Assembly (NCBI RefSeq): GCF_020745735.1
Contig: NC_083435.1
Coordinates: 43,152,498-43,216,497 of the forward strand
Source: Hemiscyllium ocellatum
Lineage: Eukaryota
DNA length: 64,000 nt
Direction: 5' to 3'
The stretch's first letter is position 1; the number at the start of each line of letters is the position of its first letter. Positions 37,250 to 50,720 of the stretch are shown in pieces. The position numbers and the translations under genes are program-made. The notes below the pieces were generated by a model. That model was not told the DNA's origin, did not search any database, and worked only from the letters and a program-made list of their open reading frames with translations.

Positions 37250-38260
37250 GAAAATTTCTTGTTACTACTTATACTTGAACACTTTTTTTCCTGTGTGGAT
37301 GTGTTGGTATATGTGCAGGTTTCCTAACTGTGAGAACTGTCACACACCTCACAATGGAAAGGTTTCTCCCCATATGAATGCTTTACTACCAAATGAGTTA
37401 TGGTGACTGCGAGAATGATTTTTTACACACCTTGCATTAATGGTGTTCCCCATTAATGGGGTTTCCCCTGTGTAAACAAAATTGATGAACTCAAGAATAA
37501 CCCAGTATTGTGTATTTTTTAACTTTGTCCACCCCAGTCCAACACCGGCATCTCCAAATCAGAACTCAAGAATGATTTGATACGTGCTTCCATGAAACTG
37601 TTTTCTATCTGGTGTGATTATGTTGGCCCAAAGCAAACTTTGATAGCACTGAGAATGATCCATTACATACTTTGCATGTGAATAGACTGGTGATTCAGCA
37701 GGCCTGAAAATTGTACAAAACCCTTGTTATACATCTCACATTTGAACAGTTTTTTTCCAGTGTGAAGGCATTGATGAGGGGCAATGAGTTTGCAAAGCCT
37801 CACTCACACACTTCAAAAATGAATGTTTTCTCTTCCATGAAGCTTGTGTTAACAGCAGGCACTCTGTGTGTTAAGTATTACTAGCTTGGGAATTGTCCTC
37901 ATACATCTCACACCTGAACAGTTTCTCACTTCTAGAAGTGAATCACGCTTCTTCCCAAACGTACTCTTGCTGATCACCTACAGCTGGATGTTCGGAAAGC
38001 TTGGCTCTGATAGAAAGCTTCATTCCACTGACCAGTTTTAGATTTGATAATATGTCAAAGCTCCCCTGACCTGACTGATTTCCAGAATATGGTTTCACTA
38101 AATAATCTTCTCTGTGTTGAGCATACAGTGAAGGGACTGGATATCTTCAATTGTTCTGCAATTATTCCCTGGGTGATGGTCAGGATCTATCTTCCCTGTA
38201 TTCTCTGATTTAGAGTAATACAATCCTTCCATAGAAGAAGGAAACATGATTTCCTCCAAT
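37250..38260 (-). pseudogene. ZNF pseudogene with heavily decayed fingers
   Basis: GEKPFHCEVCD and [11 protein letters not shown] remnants with stops; 5' region homologous to 720-1020; intron 38500-38900 homologous to 1140-1540. Confidence 0.75.
37499..37561 (+). mobile_element. Penelope-type terminal fragment inserted in the ZNF pseudogene
   Basis: 12-bp TSD gaactcaagaat at 37487 and 37562. Confidence 0.75.
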
Positions 38261-39287
38261 TCATTTTTCCCTTTTCTGAAGGAGATAACCCCTCAGAGAC
38301 AGTTCCACAGAGAGTGCAACTCTGCCCTTCTTTTGTGTGGGAGGTGGCAAGTGGGGAAGTGGTGAAATTAGATGCATGCCCATTCTTCTTTATCATTTGA
38401 CTATCACAAACCCTGTTTCCAGCAGGGACATGGGATAGTGATCAGGAGCAGGCAATGTGGCTACTTTGTTTCCATAGACCAGGCCCCTAGCTTGCCAGGC
38501 ACTGTTTGGGCAATTGAAAAGACACGTAGATAGTGTGTGAAACTGATTATCAGTTCACTGATGTCTTGTGATGTGCTATAAAAATCAGCGTTTCTTTGAG
38601 AGAAAAAAAATATTCAGGAGAAATGTTAATTCAGTGGCGATGTTGAAATCACTGTCCTTGCTTAGCAAAACGATATGAAGAAAATACACTGAATGGGAGG
38701 TGCTTGAAGCTGAGGAAAATATTGCTTAGTATCGCTGATTAAAAGGTTCTGCTTTATCCTGGGAAATTAAATACATTGCGCTTGCTCAGACTACACTAAC
38801 CACATTCAGCTATCAGTCACAGCACTGGGAAAAACTGTCAAATCCAAGTCCAGGTTTTTGGGAAAGACAAAGGCCTTCAGGTAAAATCTTCAAAGAAGGT
38901 ATGAATAAAATTAATAAATGTGACTCCGGCTTTCGCAGATGAATTGTTATGTTTGCTGGATTAACAATCCAGAGATTGAGTTCCGATCCAACCACAGAAA
39001 GGAACATGAAATGAAAAAATAAAAATAAGAACTGTGGATGCTGGAAATCAGAAACAACAACATTAAATTATAATTGGAAACAGGCTAGTCGATCTCTGCT
39101 GCTGATTTAGTTCCACGTGATCCTCCTTTCTGTTGTGTTCATCTTACACTATCAGAATATCCAACACACAGCTCCAGTCAAAAGTTCAGCACAAAGAAAC
39201 GAGTAAATAGCTCTCTCAGCTGGATCTTCTCACACAGCATAAGGGACATTTCCACCCCTGTCAGAATTCCTGAAGATTGGTGTGGAC

Positions 39288-39702
39288 TGCAGTGATTATA
39301 ACGGGGTCAGCCAGGGGGACCTCTGAGAATAGGAGTTAATTTGGTCCAATCGGATAGCTCCAGCTGACAGATAAGAACAATAAAGTCCTGCACACACACA
39401 CAACATGGGTGTTGGGGAGAAAATAAGCACTACCGCTGTGTAAAAAAAAAACAGAAAGGTCACATCTGCACACACAACATGGGTGCTGGGGAAAAAAATA
39501 AGCACTACCGCAGTTAGGCGGTAGTGAGGGGGAGGGAAAAAACAAAAAAAAAGACATTCTAATGCAAAAAAAACAGAAAAGTCAAACATCCTGTTCACTC
39601 TGAGAACTGGCTTTTGCGAAGCTGGTCAAGGGTCAAGGGTTCTCCATGTGTAAATAAAAGTTGACTTTTTAATAGGATACTGACATCTGTGGAGTTATTT
39701 CA
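39288..39702 (+). mobile_element. Solo LTR with a nested insert carrying a duplicated motif of about 45 bp
   Basis: TG...CA ends, TSD TGGAC/TGGAT, AATAAA near the 3' end; absent from other module copies. Confidence 0.7.
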
Positions 39703-39736
39703 TGGATACTATGGGATACCATTTGTATAAAAGCTG

Positions 39737-40104
39737 TACAAGATAATACATAGCTTGGAAAGGGTGGAAGCTAGGAAATTGTTTCCGTTAGGCGAGGAGA
39801 CTAGGACCCGTGGACACAGCCTCAGAATTAAGAGGTGGTCAATTCAGAACAGAAATGCGGAGACATTTCTTCAGCCAGAGAGTGGTGGGCCTGTGGAATT
39901 CATTGCCACAGAGTGCAGTGGAGGCCGGGACGCTAAATGTCTTCAAGGCCGAGATTGATAGATTCTTGTTGTCTCGAGGAATTAAGGGCTACGGGGAGAA
40001 CGCTGGTAAGTGGAGTTGAAATGCCCATCAGCCATGATTGAATGGCGGAGTGGACTCGATGGGCCGAATGGCCTTACTTCCACTCATATGTCTTATGGTC
40101 TTAT
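39737..40104 (+). mobile_element. CR1 3' end
   Basis: LFPLGEETRTRGHSLRI, FSQRVVGLWNSLPQ; (tcttatgg)n tail. Confidence 0.85.
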
Positions 40105-40789
40105 GCTCCTTCACTTACCATCTCTTCACTTGTTTTCAGCCCCACCAGGAAGTAAACCAGCTCCAGAAGAAGAGAGAATGGGCAGAGTGGGTGGGCTCTC
40201 TGATTGATGTCTCTCTCAGCCAACTTTTTTATTATTTCAAAAATATATTTTATTCATAAATTTTATCTGTAAGTACAGGCAAAATGTCCTAAAACAGTTC
40301 TGCTCAGACTTTACAGAGAAAATAAAAAACAAGCAACACATTATTAAAATTTGACATTCTTCAGAGCTTCCTTGCATTTGCAAAACAAAGGCATTTTTCT
40401 ACTCACGCAGGAAACTATTTACATTCATTTTGAGGCTACAGGGGGCTCTTACAACTGACCAGGCCCTCATTATACTTTGGCAGAAAGACCTCAGAAGGTG
40501 GGCTTTACCTACTGTGCCTGTAGCTTTGGAAACTGACCAGCAGATTGAATTTTAATGGGGTGTTCAGACTTTTAATTGGTTGAGATATATGTCAAGTGTT
40601 CATCGTTGTTTATCTGGAACGAGAATCTATATTTTTTGTAATAAACAGTAGTTCTGGTATAATACAGAAAGCCGGTACATGCCTTTGGCTAACCTGGGTC
40701 TAAAATGATTTGTAAATTGGGGAATTCTATGTTCTTTGATAAAATCTTTCACGTTTGTGACAATTCTGGGAAAAGTGGGGCTTGATGTC

Positions 40790-41500
40790 CAGCATGCTAT
40801 CCCGATTGGAATGAGAGAGAGTGGAACTCTTTCTTTAATGTCTCGATTGAACCTGCTTCCACCACACTCTCAGGCATTTCAGATCCTAGCCCCTCATCGC
40901 ATGAAGGATATTTTCTCATGTAGTTATTGCCTCTTTTGTCAATCATCTTAAATTCGTGCCCATTTCTCGATCTGTCCATCAATGGAAACACTTTCTCCCT
41001 GTTTCTCGTAGTCAGCTCTCTCGTTATCTTAAAAATCTTTATTACTAAAGAGATTTCCTCCCAACTTCCTCTTCTCCAAAGAGAACGGTTTCAACTTCTC
41101 CAAACCCTCCAAAAAAACTAAAATTCCTGTTCCGTAAAACCACTCTTGGAAATAATTTTGGCACCTTCTCAAATGGCCTCACATTCTTCCTAAACAGTGA
41201 TGTCCAGAACTGGATGCAGTGCTCAAGCTGAGATTGTGTTTTATCTGGGTTCAGGATAACTATCTTGCTTTTGTACTCTGTGCTCCAACTGATAAAGCAC
41301 AGGATGCCTGAAGCTTGATGAATCCAAGCTCTTGACCTGTCTTCCACCTTCTGTGATTTAACCTAGATACACCGAAGTCCTTCTACTCCTGTACCTTTTA
41401 GAATTGTACCTTTATTTTAGATTGTCCCTGTCAGCAATTCCAACAAGATAAATCATTTCAAACTCACTGCATCGAATTCCATTTGCTGCCCACTTCATCC
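40790..41500 (-). mobile_element. Old CR1 3' fragment
   Basis: QLEHCIQFWT, FPLMDRSRNGHEFKMI. Confidence 0.65.
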
Positions 41501-42739
41501 AATAAAAACAGCAAAATGTTGGAGAAACTCAGTAGTCAGGCAGTTTATGTGTGGAGAGAGAAAAACACAGCTATTGCTCCAAGTCCAGTATAACTTTTCT
41601 GAACAAGTAATCATCAGAGCAGTCATAACCTTTCCTGAACTGGGCTCCATCTCATTATTTGTCGAAGTCTGTTTCCCAGACAGTGGATTGTGACATAAAA
41701 GTCAGTGATACAGGAGTGTGAATGATAGAGGCGGATAAGTCTTGATCTAGATCTGGGTGAGAGATACCTGGGTTAATCTGACACTCTAGGAACTTTACTT
41801 TTTATTTAAATGTGCGGTGTCTTCTCTGTGAGTGTTTGATAAAAGAATGTCAATGTGGAGAAGTTATTCTACCTGTATTCTCATTTTAAAATAGGCAAAC
41901 TTACATCTTTAAGATCACATCCAAATGTTTCTTTTTAATTTTGATGAGGGCTTTTGCATCAATATCCTTTCAGACACTGAGTTCCAAACTTTCATGACCT
42001 TTTGGCCAAAATAATTTCTCCTCAACTGCCCTCCAATCAATGACTTCAAATATTCTGCTTCCTGTTGATAGAACTCTCTGCTCAGGGAAATAAGATTGAA
42101 CAATTCTCTGCCACTGCCACTTTCCTCCCTGCCAATGAACTCACATGGACAAAATTCTGTCAATGTTTCCCCCACCCTCGCCCTGAACTCTGGCCTTTCT
42201 TTTGTTTCTGTCCTATGTCCTGTCATGCCCTCTCTGAGTTCATCTTGCCCATGAGATCCACCTCCTGTTCCCTTGACCTGATTCTCAATAAACAGCTGAT
42301 CACCCACTTTCATTGCTGACTCTCATGTTTACCAAGATTATTCATGGATTCTCTTACTTCAGATGTGTCCTCTCTCCTTTAAATTTAACACCCTTGTCCT
42401 CTCGACCCCTTTGTTATTGCAAACAACCGTCTCATCTTTAACTTCTTCAAATTCTTGGAATAAGTTGTTGCCATGTAAATTATAGACAGGGTCTTGAGTC
42501 ATGTGAAGTATGAGGGGGAGGGCAAGGGGTGCAGTATCTGACAAGGGGAGAGTGATCGACAGAGTGATCTGGTGAGGAGTGGATTTATCTCCAAGTCACT
42601 TACTCAGTCAAAGTCAATCTTCAAGTTGAAGAGGGTCTTTCAGAACAGGTTATCCTCTGAGCACAGAGTAATTCCTGTCTTTTTCGTGTGCAACTCCTCT
42701 CTGTGCATATACTGATCCCATCACTGCAGATCAATACTG

Positions 42740-43060
42740 CCTTGGATGCTGAGGATCTTCCTCTTTTGAACTACTGTCAAACACAATTGAGTGATACTTC
42801 CCACAATGGTGTCATCAGTTTGAAAGCCACCAAGGATGAAGAATGCTATTCACACAAGAATTTTATGTAATTTACCACAGGAGCTGAAACACCAACTGCA
42901 ATAAGTGAGGTTTTATTCAGATGGGATAATGACAAGCTTAAATCTCCACCAGATCTGCTGCTCAAAGTCACCTCCATTTCACTGGTCAGTTTCCCAAGTT
43001 TCAGGGAACTCACATTACTCCAGAAACAAATGGACTGGCTGTGAGAGGTGTTAATCCCTG
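42740..43060 (+). repeat. ZNF leader module copy F (upstream half only)
   Basis: ctgcaataagtgaggttttattcagatggga...gatctgctgctcaaagtcacc matches the reverse complement of 2230-2400. Confidence 0.75.
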
Positions 43061-43749
43061 GCTCTCACTTCATTTCCTCATGTTGGTCAGCAAAAGGGAC
43101 ACCATATGTAGGAAAAGGGCAAGATCCACTCTCAGTAGAGACTAGTAGGGTCCTGCCTTAGCTCATCTACTGATGAAACCCTCATCCATAAATTTATAGG
43201 TTGTGGCTCTGTTTGTGCTCTGACATGAACCAACATGAGTTGAGATGCAATTGCTGGTAAATGTTTGGAAGCGTTAATGGAAGTTTATGCAAGTTGGGCT
43301 ACTGGAAGGGTGAGAAGTGGTTGAGGCAGCTGATATAGGATTGTTTCAAAATTATTTCTCTAAGCAGAAAGGCCAACATCCAGGGAGGAGATATTGATGG
43401 TAAATGTTGGAAGGATTAGAGGGGAATTGAGGAATTGTTTTTTCTCCCCCCAGAGGAAGGAAGGGTCTGGACCTCAGTGGCTAAAAGGGTGGTAAAGACA
43501 AAAACACCCAGCGTATTTAACAAAAGCTTAAATACGACCGTCAAGAATAATTTGTCCATGTTTAAAATAGGGATGGAATAAATTTTTGAGTTCACACTTC
43601 CATCAAACATTTTACTAGAGAAGGTAAAGCACGGGTTAGATACAGAGTCAAGCTGTATCTAAGCTGTCCCTGGAGTGTCGGATTAACCCAGGTCACTCAC
43701 TACTGGATCAGGACTCTCCTGTCTCAGTTACTCAGACTTTCCTGTATTT

Positions 43750-44090
43750 TTGAAATTCTTTCAAGGGACGTGGGCAGCACAGGCTAGACCAGAATTTATT
43801 GCAATTCTCCAATTGACTGGAGGGCAGTTAACGGTCAGCCACATTGCTGTGTGTCAGACTGGCTAAGGAATGCAGTTCCCTTCCCTGAAGGACATTAGTG
43901 AACCCAATGATGTTTTATAACAATCAATTGTGGTTACTTGGCTGCCACAATACTACTTTAATTTTTATTTATTTTATTGAAATTAAATTTCACCATCTAT
44001 TATAATGGGATTGAAACCAATTTCCTTGGAACATTTGTCCAAGGTTCTGGATTTACAAATCTTGTGACATTACCACTCTGTCAGCACCTT
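43750..44090 (-). mobile_element. SINE, same family as 32672-33000
   Basis: Shared aaggacattagtgaacc core in reverse orientation. Confidence 0.55.
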
Positions 44091-44674
44091 GACCACACTC
44101 TCCCCATACTCAGGTTCCTAGTCCTCCCAGTCAGGAAAGTACAAACATTGCCCATGGTATTGGCCAAACACCTGTCACCTGAAGAAGATCTGTCTATAAT
44201 TCACATAACCAACTAAAGGTCTGATTTTATGTCATACCCATTCCTCTAAGAGTTGCCTCATTTTACAAGCACAGAGACCACAACTAAACTTGGAGCCAAG
44301 ATGTTCAGCAGTGCGTTTAGGAAGTGTCCGGAAGGCAGGTAGTGCAGGGCCCTGAACGTATCTCACTCTTCAACCATCATTGAGCTCTGAATCCTGATGA
44401 AAGTGATGGGTAATCGAGGGAGTCCATGGTACCACAGCTGGCTCAGCTGTACAGGAAGGTCCACTGAAAATGGGAAGAGCAATCATTATCACAGATTCAA
44501 TGGTTCTGGGAACACACAAATATAACTGAAGAAGCAATTCCAGGATGATAAATTACCTCGCTGGTGCCAGGGTCAGCGATGTGACTGAATGACTGCTAAT
44601 GCCAGTACAGGGATTTTTTAGAAGAAAGTGATAACTTCATCACAGGGGTTAGATTGGCTGTGCACAAAGGCAAC

Positions 44675-45600
44675 ATAGAACTGTACAGTGCAGGAATGGG
44701 CCCTTTGGCCCATAATGTTGTACCGAACATGACTCCAAATTAAACTAATCACTTCTGCCTGCCTTTGCTTCATTTCTCTCCATACCTCTCTTGCATATTC
44801 ATGTGCTTATCTAAAAATCTCTTAAACATCCCTTATTGTGTCTGGCTTCTTCATCACCCCGAGCAGCGCAATCCACAATCCTACCAATCTATGTTAAAAA
44901 ACTTGCCCCTCACACCTCCTTTGAACTTTCCCCCTCTCACCCGAAATACATGCCCTCTAGTATTAGATATTTCAACTCTGGGAAGAATATTCTAACGATC
45001 AACCCCATCTATGCGTCTCATAATTTTATAGACTTCGACCAAGTCTCACCTCAGCCTCCGCTGCTCCAGAGAAAACAACCTAAGTTTTTCTAGCATCTCC
45101 TTGTAGTTTCTACTCTAATGCAGGCAGATCCTGGTCAACCTCTTCTGCACCCTCTCCAAAGCTCTACATCCTTCCTGTAATGTGATGACCAGAAGTTAAT
45201 ATAGTACTGTTAAGTGTGGCCTAACCAAGTGTTACAAAGCTGCAACATGACATCCTGACTCTTTACTCAGTTTCCTGACCAATAAAGGTAAGCATGCCAT
45301 CTGCCTTCTTTACCACACTATCTATTTCTGTGACTACTGTCAAGGAGATATGGACTTGAACCACAAGATCCCTCTGTACATCAATGCTGTTTAGAGTCCT
45401 GCCATTAACTGTATAACTTTCTTTAACATTTGATCCCCCAACATGCAGCACCTCACACTTATTTGGATTAAACTCCATTTACCGTTTCTCCACCCATATC
45501 TGCAACTGATCGAGATTCTGCTGTATCCTTTGTCAAACTTTGACACTATGCACAACTACACCAATCTTTGTATCATTTGGAACCTTACTAACCCACCCTT
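44675..45600 (-). mobile_element. CR1 3' end
   Basis: MEFNPNKCEVLHVGGSN...QRDLVVQVH; similar to 18310-19220. Confidence 0.8.
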
Positions 45601-46098
45601 CTACAGGAGTGGTTCAGAGTGGGAGTATTTAACTGGTTGAAAGCTAACTGGAATGGAAAAGAATAGTTCAGACTCAGACAACTGGAATTAAAGGTTGCTG
45701 GCAAAATGTTCGCTGAATGAACTTATGCTTTAAAAGAGGAGATAATTAGGTACAGTCAATATTTAGAGACTGGAAGTTATGGCCAGCACCTCCACAATTT
45801 TCAAGTTTCATTAGATTCATGGGTGATGCAAAAGGACTGACTTGGAAAGATACCTTTCCACAGATACTGCCTAATCTGATGAATTTCTCCAGCTTTGTTT
45901 GTTCTTAATGCAAACATGACTCCTTCAAAAAGAATATGAAGATAAGCCTAATGACTACAGTTCAGTCAGTTTAATATCAGTGAGAAACAATAATTCAGAA
46001 TAAAATTAGCAGTCATTTTGACAAATGTGCATTATTTAACAAAAGACAACACAGATTTCACAAGTTTGATTGCATGTCCAAATCCATCATTGTGCAGC

Positions 46099-47211
46099 TC
46101 ACTTAATGGGATTCCCCCCTGTGTGGATTATCCGGTGTCGCAGAAGGCTCGATGACTGTGTGAATGCTCGGTCACACATCTCACACTTGAAAGGCCTTTC
46201 ACCTGTGTGGATTGTTTGATGTTGTATTAGGTGTGATGACTGCGTGAAGGCTAGGTCACAAATCTCACATCTGAAGGGTTTCTCGCCTGTGTGAATTCGT
46301 TGGTGTCTATGGAGGTTCGTTAACTTTGAAAATGATTTGTCACATATCTCACAGATGAAGGGTTTCTCCCCTGTATGAATGCGCTGGTGAGCACGGAGGC
46401 TTGATGATTGCGAGAATGATTTATCGCACTCCTCACATGTGAACGGTTTTTCACCAGTGTGAGTGCGTTGGTGCCTTGCCAGGTCTGACGATCTTCCAAA
46501 GCCCTCACAACACAACACACACTTAAAAGGTTTCTCCCCTGTGTGAATCCTTTCATGTGTTAGGAGATCAGACGATTGAACAAAAGCCATCATACAAACC
46601 TTACACTTGAAGGGCTTTTCCCCTGTGTGAAACCTCTGGTGTGTCAGCAACCTTGTAGATGTTGCAAAAGCTTTATCACAAAGCTCACATTTGAATGGTT
46701 TCTCCCCTGTGTGGATTGTTCGATGAACTTGGAGGTGCGATAACTGTGTAAAGGCTTTGTTGCACACCTTGCACGTGAATGACTTTTCCCCTGTGTGAAT
46801 TTGTTGGTGTACACGGAGGTTTGTTAACTGTGAGAATGATTTGTCACACTCAGGGCACGTGAATGGTTTCTCTCCGGTGTGAATGCGTTGGTGAGTGCGG
46901 AGGTTCCACGACCGTAAGAATGACTTGGCGCAGACTTCACATTCAAAGGATTTCTGGACAGTGTGAATATGTTGACATTGCACCAGATCCGATAATCGTC
47001 CAAAACTCTCACTCCGCACTTCACTTTTGAAGTCTTTCTCCCTTGTGTGGATTGTCTGATGTACTAGAAGATTGGATAACTGTGTGAAGGCTTTGTCACA
47101 TATGCCACACGTGAATGACTTCTCCCCTGCATGAATGCACTTGTGAGCATGCAGGTTCACTGACTGTGAGAATGATTTGGAACACACCTCACATTTGAAG
47201 GGCTCCTCCAT
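46099..47211 (-). CDS. C2H2 zinc-finger array protein (ZNF-3), 370 aa from first ATG, 13 units (12 canonical)
   Basis: The track start 47265 is GTG; the first ATG is 47211 (acaATGG, strong Kozak context); MEEPFKCEVC...HRIIHTGGNPIK*. Confidence 0.85.
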   Translation of the reverse strand: MEEPFKCEVCSKSFSQSVNLHAHKCIHAGEKSFTCGICDKAFTQLSNLLVHQTIHTREKDFKSEVRSESFGRLSDLVQCQHIHTVQKSFECEVCAKSFLRSWNLRTHQRIHTGEKPFTCPECDKSFSQLTNLRVHQQIHTGEKSFTCKVCNKAFTQLSHLQVHRTIHTGEKPFKCELCDKAFATSTRLLTHQRFHTGEKPFKCKVCMMAFVQSSDLLTHERIHTGEKPFKCVLCCEGFGRSSDLARHQRTHTGEKPFTCEECDKSFSQSSSLRAHQRIHTGEKPFICEICDKSFSKLTNLHRHQRIHTGEKPFRCEICDLAFTQSSHLIQHQTIHTGERPFKCEMCDRAFTQSSSLLRHRIIHTGGNPIK

Positions 47212-47930
47212 TGTGTGAATTGTCTGGTGTGTCAGAAAATTGAAAAATTGGATACAGGCCAGCACACAAACCTCATCCAGAGAGTTGTTATCCCATATGA
47301 AACGTCTGGTGGTGCATCAGGAAGTTTGCAAGTGTTCAGAAAGCTTCATCACAAACCTCACATTTGAAGAGTGTCTCTCCTTTGTGGGTTATCTAATGGG
47401 CCAGGAGCCTTGACGACAGTGAAACGGATTGGCATGCAGCTTACATGTTGAGCAACTTCTCCCCTGTTTGAATTTGTTGGGGTATTCAGAAGTATTTTAA
47501 TTATGAGATTGCTTTGTCAGACACCCACACATGAATGACTACTCACATCTGTGAATATGTTGGTATCTGTTGAGGGTCAATAACTTCCAAAAATGATTTG
47601 TCACACATCTCAAACCGAATAGCTTTTTCACCAATGTGGATACACTTGTTTCTCAGGATTGTTAGTGACTGTGTGAAGTCCTGGTCACACACTCCACTGC
47701 AAACAGTTTCAATGCCACATGGCTCTTCAGAGTTGAAGCCTGCATGTTATGAGATCTTATGAAACTGTGGAGTCCTCTTCACAAAACTCACACTCGAGCA
47801 GCTCTTCATCTGTAGGAGTGAATCAGTGGTTCATGAGACCCAATGAATGACTGAAGCAGTCACCATACTTGAAGCCCATTCATGTATTTCCTCAGCTTCA
47901 TCTTCTCTGTGTTGAGCAATACAGTTAAAG
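47212..47930 (-). pseudogene. Decayed fingers upstream of the ZNF-3 start
   Basis: Repeats of roughly 84-bp period such as GETLFKCEVCDEAF and IGEKAIRFEMCDKSF, with stops. Confidence 0.7.
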
Positions 47931-47931
47931 G

Positions 47932-50720
47932 AACAGATAAGTGAATTTTTTAAGTGTGTGGGTTCTTTCTTGATTATTTTTTTAAACTTAAAATATAAGC
48001 CATAACTATTCATTAAACCTGGGGAAGTGTTTTGTAGAGGAATAAGGCAGTGTTATTTTCTGGGTCTGTAGATTGTGAAGGAGCAAAAATGGCCTTTAGT
48101 ACAGTGATTTGTACTTCTTGTCAGATGTGCGAATTTAGAGAGAGTTTAAGGGTTACTGTGGATTATATCTGCAATAAATGCTGTTGGTTGTGAATCCTAT
48201 CAGATTGAATGGATCGGTTGGAGAGAAATTCAGAAGCAATGAGGAATTTTCAACGGCAACAATATGTGATGGATGGCAGTTATAGGAAGGGGGGAAAGTC
48301 TCAGATACGGTCACATAGATGGGTTAATTCCAGGAAAGGTAAGAGAGGTAGGCACCGAGGGCAGGAGTCTTCTGTGGTAATCCTCACTTCAAACATGGAA
48401 AAGATAGGGGGTGATCAATTCACAGGGGAACATAGCATGAAAAGCCAAGCTTCTAGTTTTGAGACTGGCTCTAATGCAACGAGGGGTTCGTCAGGTTCCA
48501 AGAGATCAATTGTTTGAGGGGACTCTCTAGTCCGAGCTATAGACAGATGTTTCTGTGGCTAGCAGCGAAAAATCAGAAAGTGTGTTGCTTCCCTGGTGCC
48601 ATAATCAAGGATGTCTCAGAGAGGGTGCAGAATGGCCTCGCGGGGGAGAGGAACCAGCAAGAGGTAATTGTCCACAGTGGAACCAGCGACATAGGAAGGA
48701 AAAAGGTTGAGATTCTGAAAGGGAGATGACAAAGAGTTAGGCAGTAATTTAAAAAAGAGGTCCTCGAGAGTAGTAATATCTGGATTACTCTAGGTGCTAC
48801 GAGCTAGTGAGGGTAGGAATAGGAGAATACAGCAGATGAATGCATAGCTGGAGAGCTGATGTTTGGATGAAGGATTCACATTTTTGGATCTTTGGAATCT
48901 ATTTTGGGGTAGAAGTGACCTGTACAAGAAGGACGGATTGCACCTAAATTGGAAGGGGACTAATATACTGGCAGGGAGAATTGCAAGAGCTGCTTGGGAG
49001 GATTTAAACTAGTAAGGTGGGCGGAGGGTGGAGGGAGGGTGGGACCCAGGGAGATAGTGAGGCAAGAGATCAATCTGAGACTGGTACAGTTGAGAACAGA
49101 AGTCAGTCAAACAGTCAGGGCAGGCAGGGACAAGGTAGGACGAATAAATTAAACTGCATTTATTTCAATGCAAGGAGCCTAACAGGGAAGGCAGAGAACT
49201 CAGGACATGGTTAGGACTATAAGACTGGAATATCGTAGCAATTACAGAAACATGGCTCAGAGATGGGCAGGACTGGCAGCTTAATGTTTCAGGATACAAA
49301 TGCTACAGGAAGGACAGAAAGGGAGGCAAAACAGGAAGGGGAGTGGCATTTCTGATGAGGGATAGCATTACAGCTGTACATAGGGAGGATATTCCCTGAA
49401 ATACATCCAGGGAAGGTATTTGGGTGGAACTGAAAAATAAGAAAGGGATGATCACCTTATTGGGATTGTATTATAGACCCGTTAATAGTCAGAGGGAAAT
49501 TGAGAAACAAACTTGTGAGGAGATCTCATCTATCTGTTTCAGGTGAACCCTCGATCTCTGTGGGAAGATAGAGAAATGATTGCTGGGCCTCCTACTGAGA
49601 TATGTGTATCATCAATAGTTACCGGTGAGGTGCTGGAAAACTGGAGTTTGGCTAACGTGATGCCACTGTTTAAGAAGAGTGGTAAGGATGAGCCAGGGAA
49701 CTACAGACCAGTGAGCCTGACGTCAGTGGTTGCCAAGTTGTTGGAGGGAATCCTGAGGGACAGGATGTACACGTATTTGGAAAGGTAAGGACTGATTAGG
49801 GATAGTCAACATGCTTTGTGCATGGGAAATTATTTCTCACAAACTTGATTGCGTTGTTTGAAGAAGTAACAAAGAGGATTGATGAGGGCAGAGCAATAGA
49901 TGTGATCTATATAGACTTCAGTAAGGTGTTCAACAAGGTTTCCCATGGAGACTGGTTAGCAAGGTTAGATCTCATGGAATACAGGGAGAACGAGCGATTT
50001 GGATACAGAATTGGCTCAAAGGTATAAAACAGAGGGTGGTGGTGGAGGACTGTTTTTCAGACTGGAGGCCTGTCACCAGTGGAGTGCCACAAAGATTGGT
50101 GCTAGGTCCTCTACTTATTATCATTTATGTAAATGATTTGGATGCGAGCATAAGAGGTATGCTTAGTAAGTTTGCAGAGGACACCAAAATTGGAGGTGTG
50201 GTGGACAGCAAAGAAGGTAACCTCAGAGTACAACAGGATCTTGATCAGATGGGCCAATAGGCTGAGAAGTGGCAGATGGAGTTTAATTCCGATAAATGGG
50301 AGGTGCTACATTTTGGGTAAGCAAATCTTAGCAGGACTTATGCACTTAATGGTAAGGTCCTAGGTAGTGTTGTTGAACAAAGAGACTTTGGAGTGCAGGT
50401 TCATAGCTCCTTGAAAGTGGAGTCGCAGGTAGATAGGATAGTGAAAAAGGCATTTGGTATGCTTTCCTTTATTGGTCAGAGTATTGAGTACAGGAGTTGG
50501 GAGATCATGTTGTGGCTGTACAGGACATTGGTTAGGCTACTGTTGGAATATTGTGTGCAATTCTGGCCTCCTCCTTATCGGAAAGATGTTGTGAAACTTG
50601 AAAGGCTTCAGAAAAGATTTACAAGAATGTTGCCAGGGTGGAGGATTTCAGCTACAGGGAGAGGCTGTACAGACTGGGTCTGTTTTCCCTGGAGCGTCGG
50701 AGGATGAGGGTGACCTTATA
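47932..50720 (+). mobile_element. CR1 LINE with ORF1 (Cys-rich domain plus SGNH esterase) and internally deleted ORF2
   Basis: MAFSTVICTSCQMC...ICNKCC from 48089; CCFPGA, HSGTSDIG, DGLHLNWKGT; YFNARSL, ITETWL, PGNYRPVSLTS, GVPQRLVLGP, KFAEDTK. Confidence 0.9.

Larger units (their letters stand above)
39155..40225 (-). repeat. ZNF leader module copy E, split by a solo LTR and a CR1
   Basis: Segments 39155-39287, 39703-39736 and 40105-40225 align with module A; micro-exon acceptor mutated AG to GG. Confidence 0.7.
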
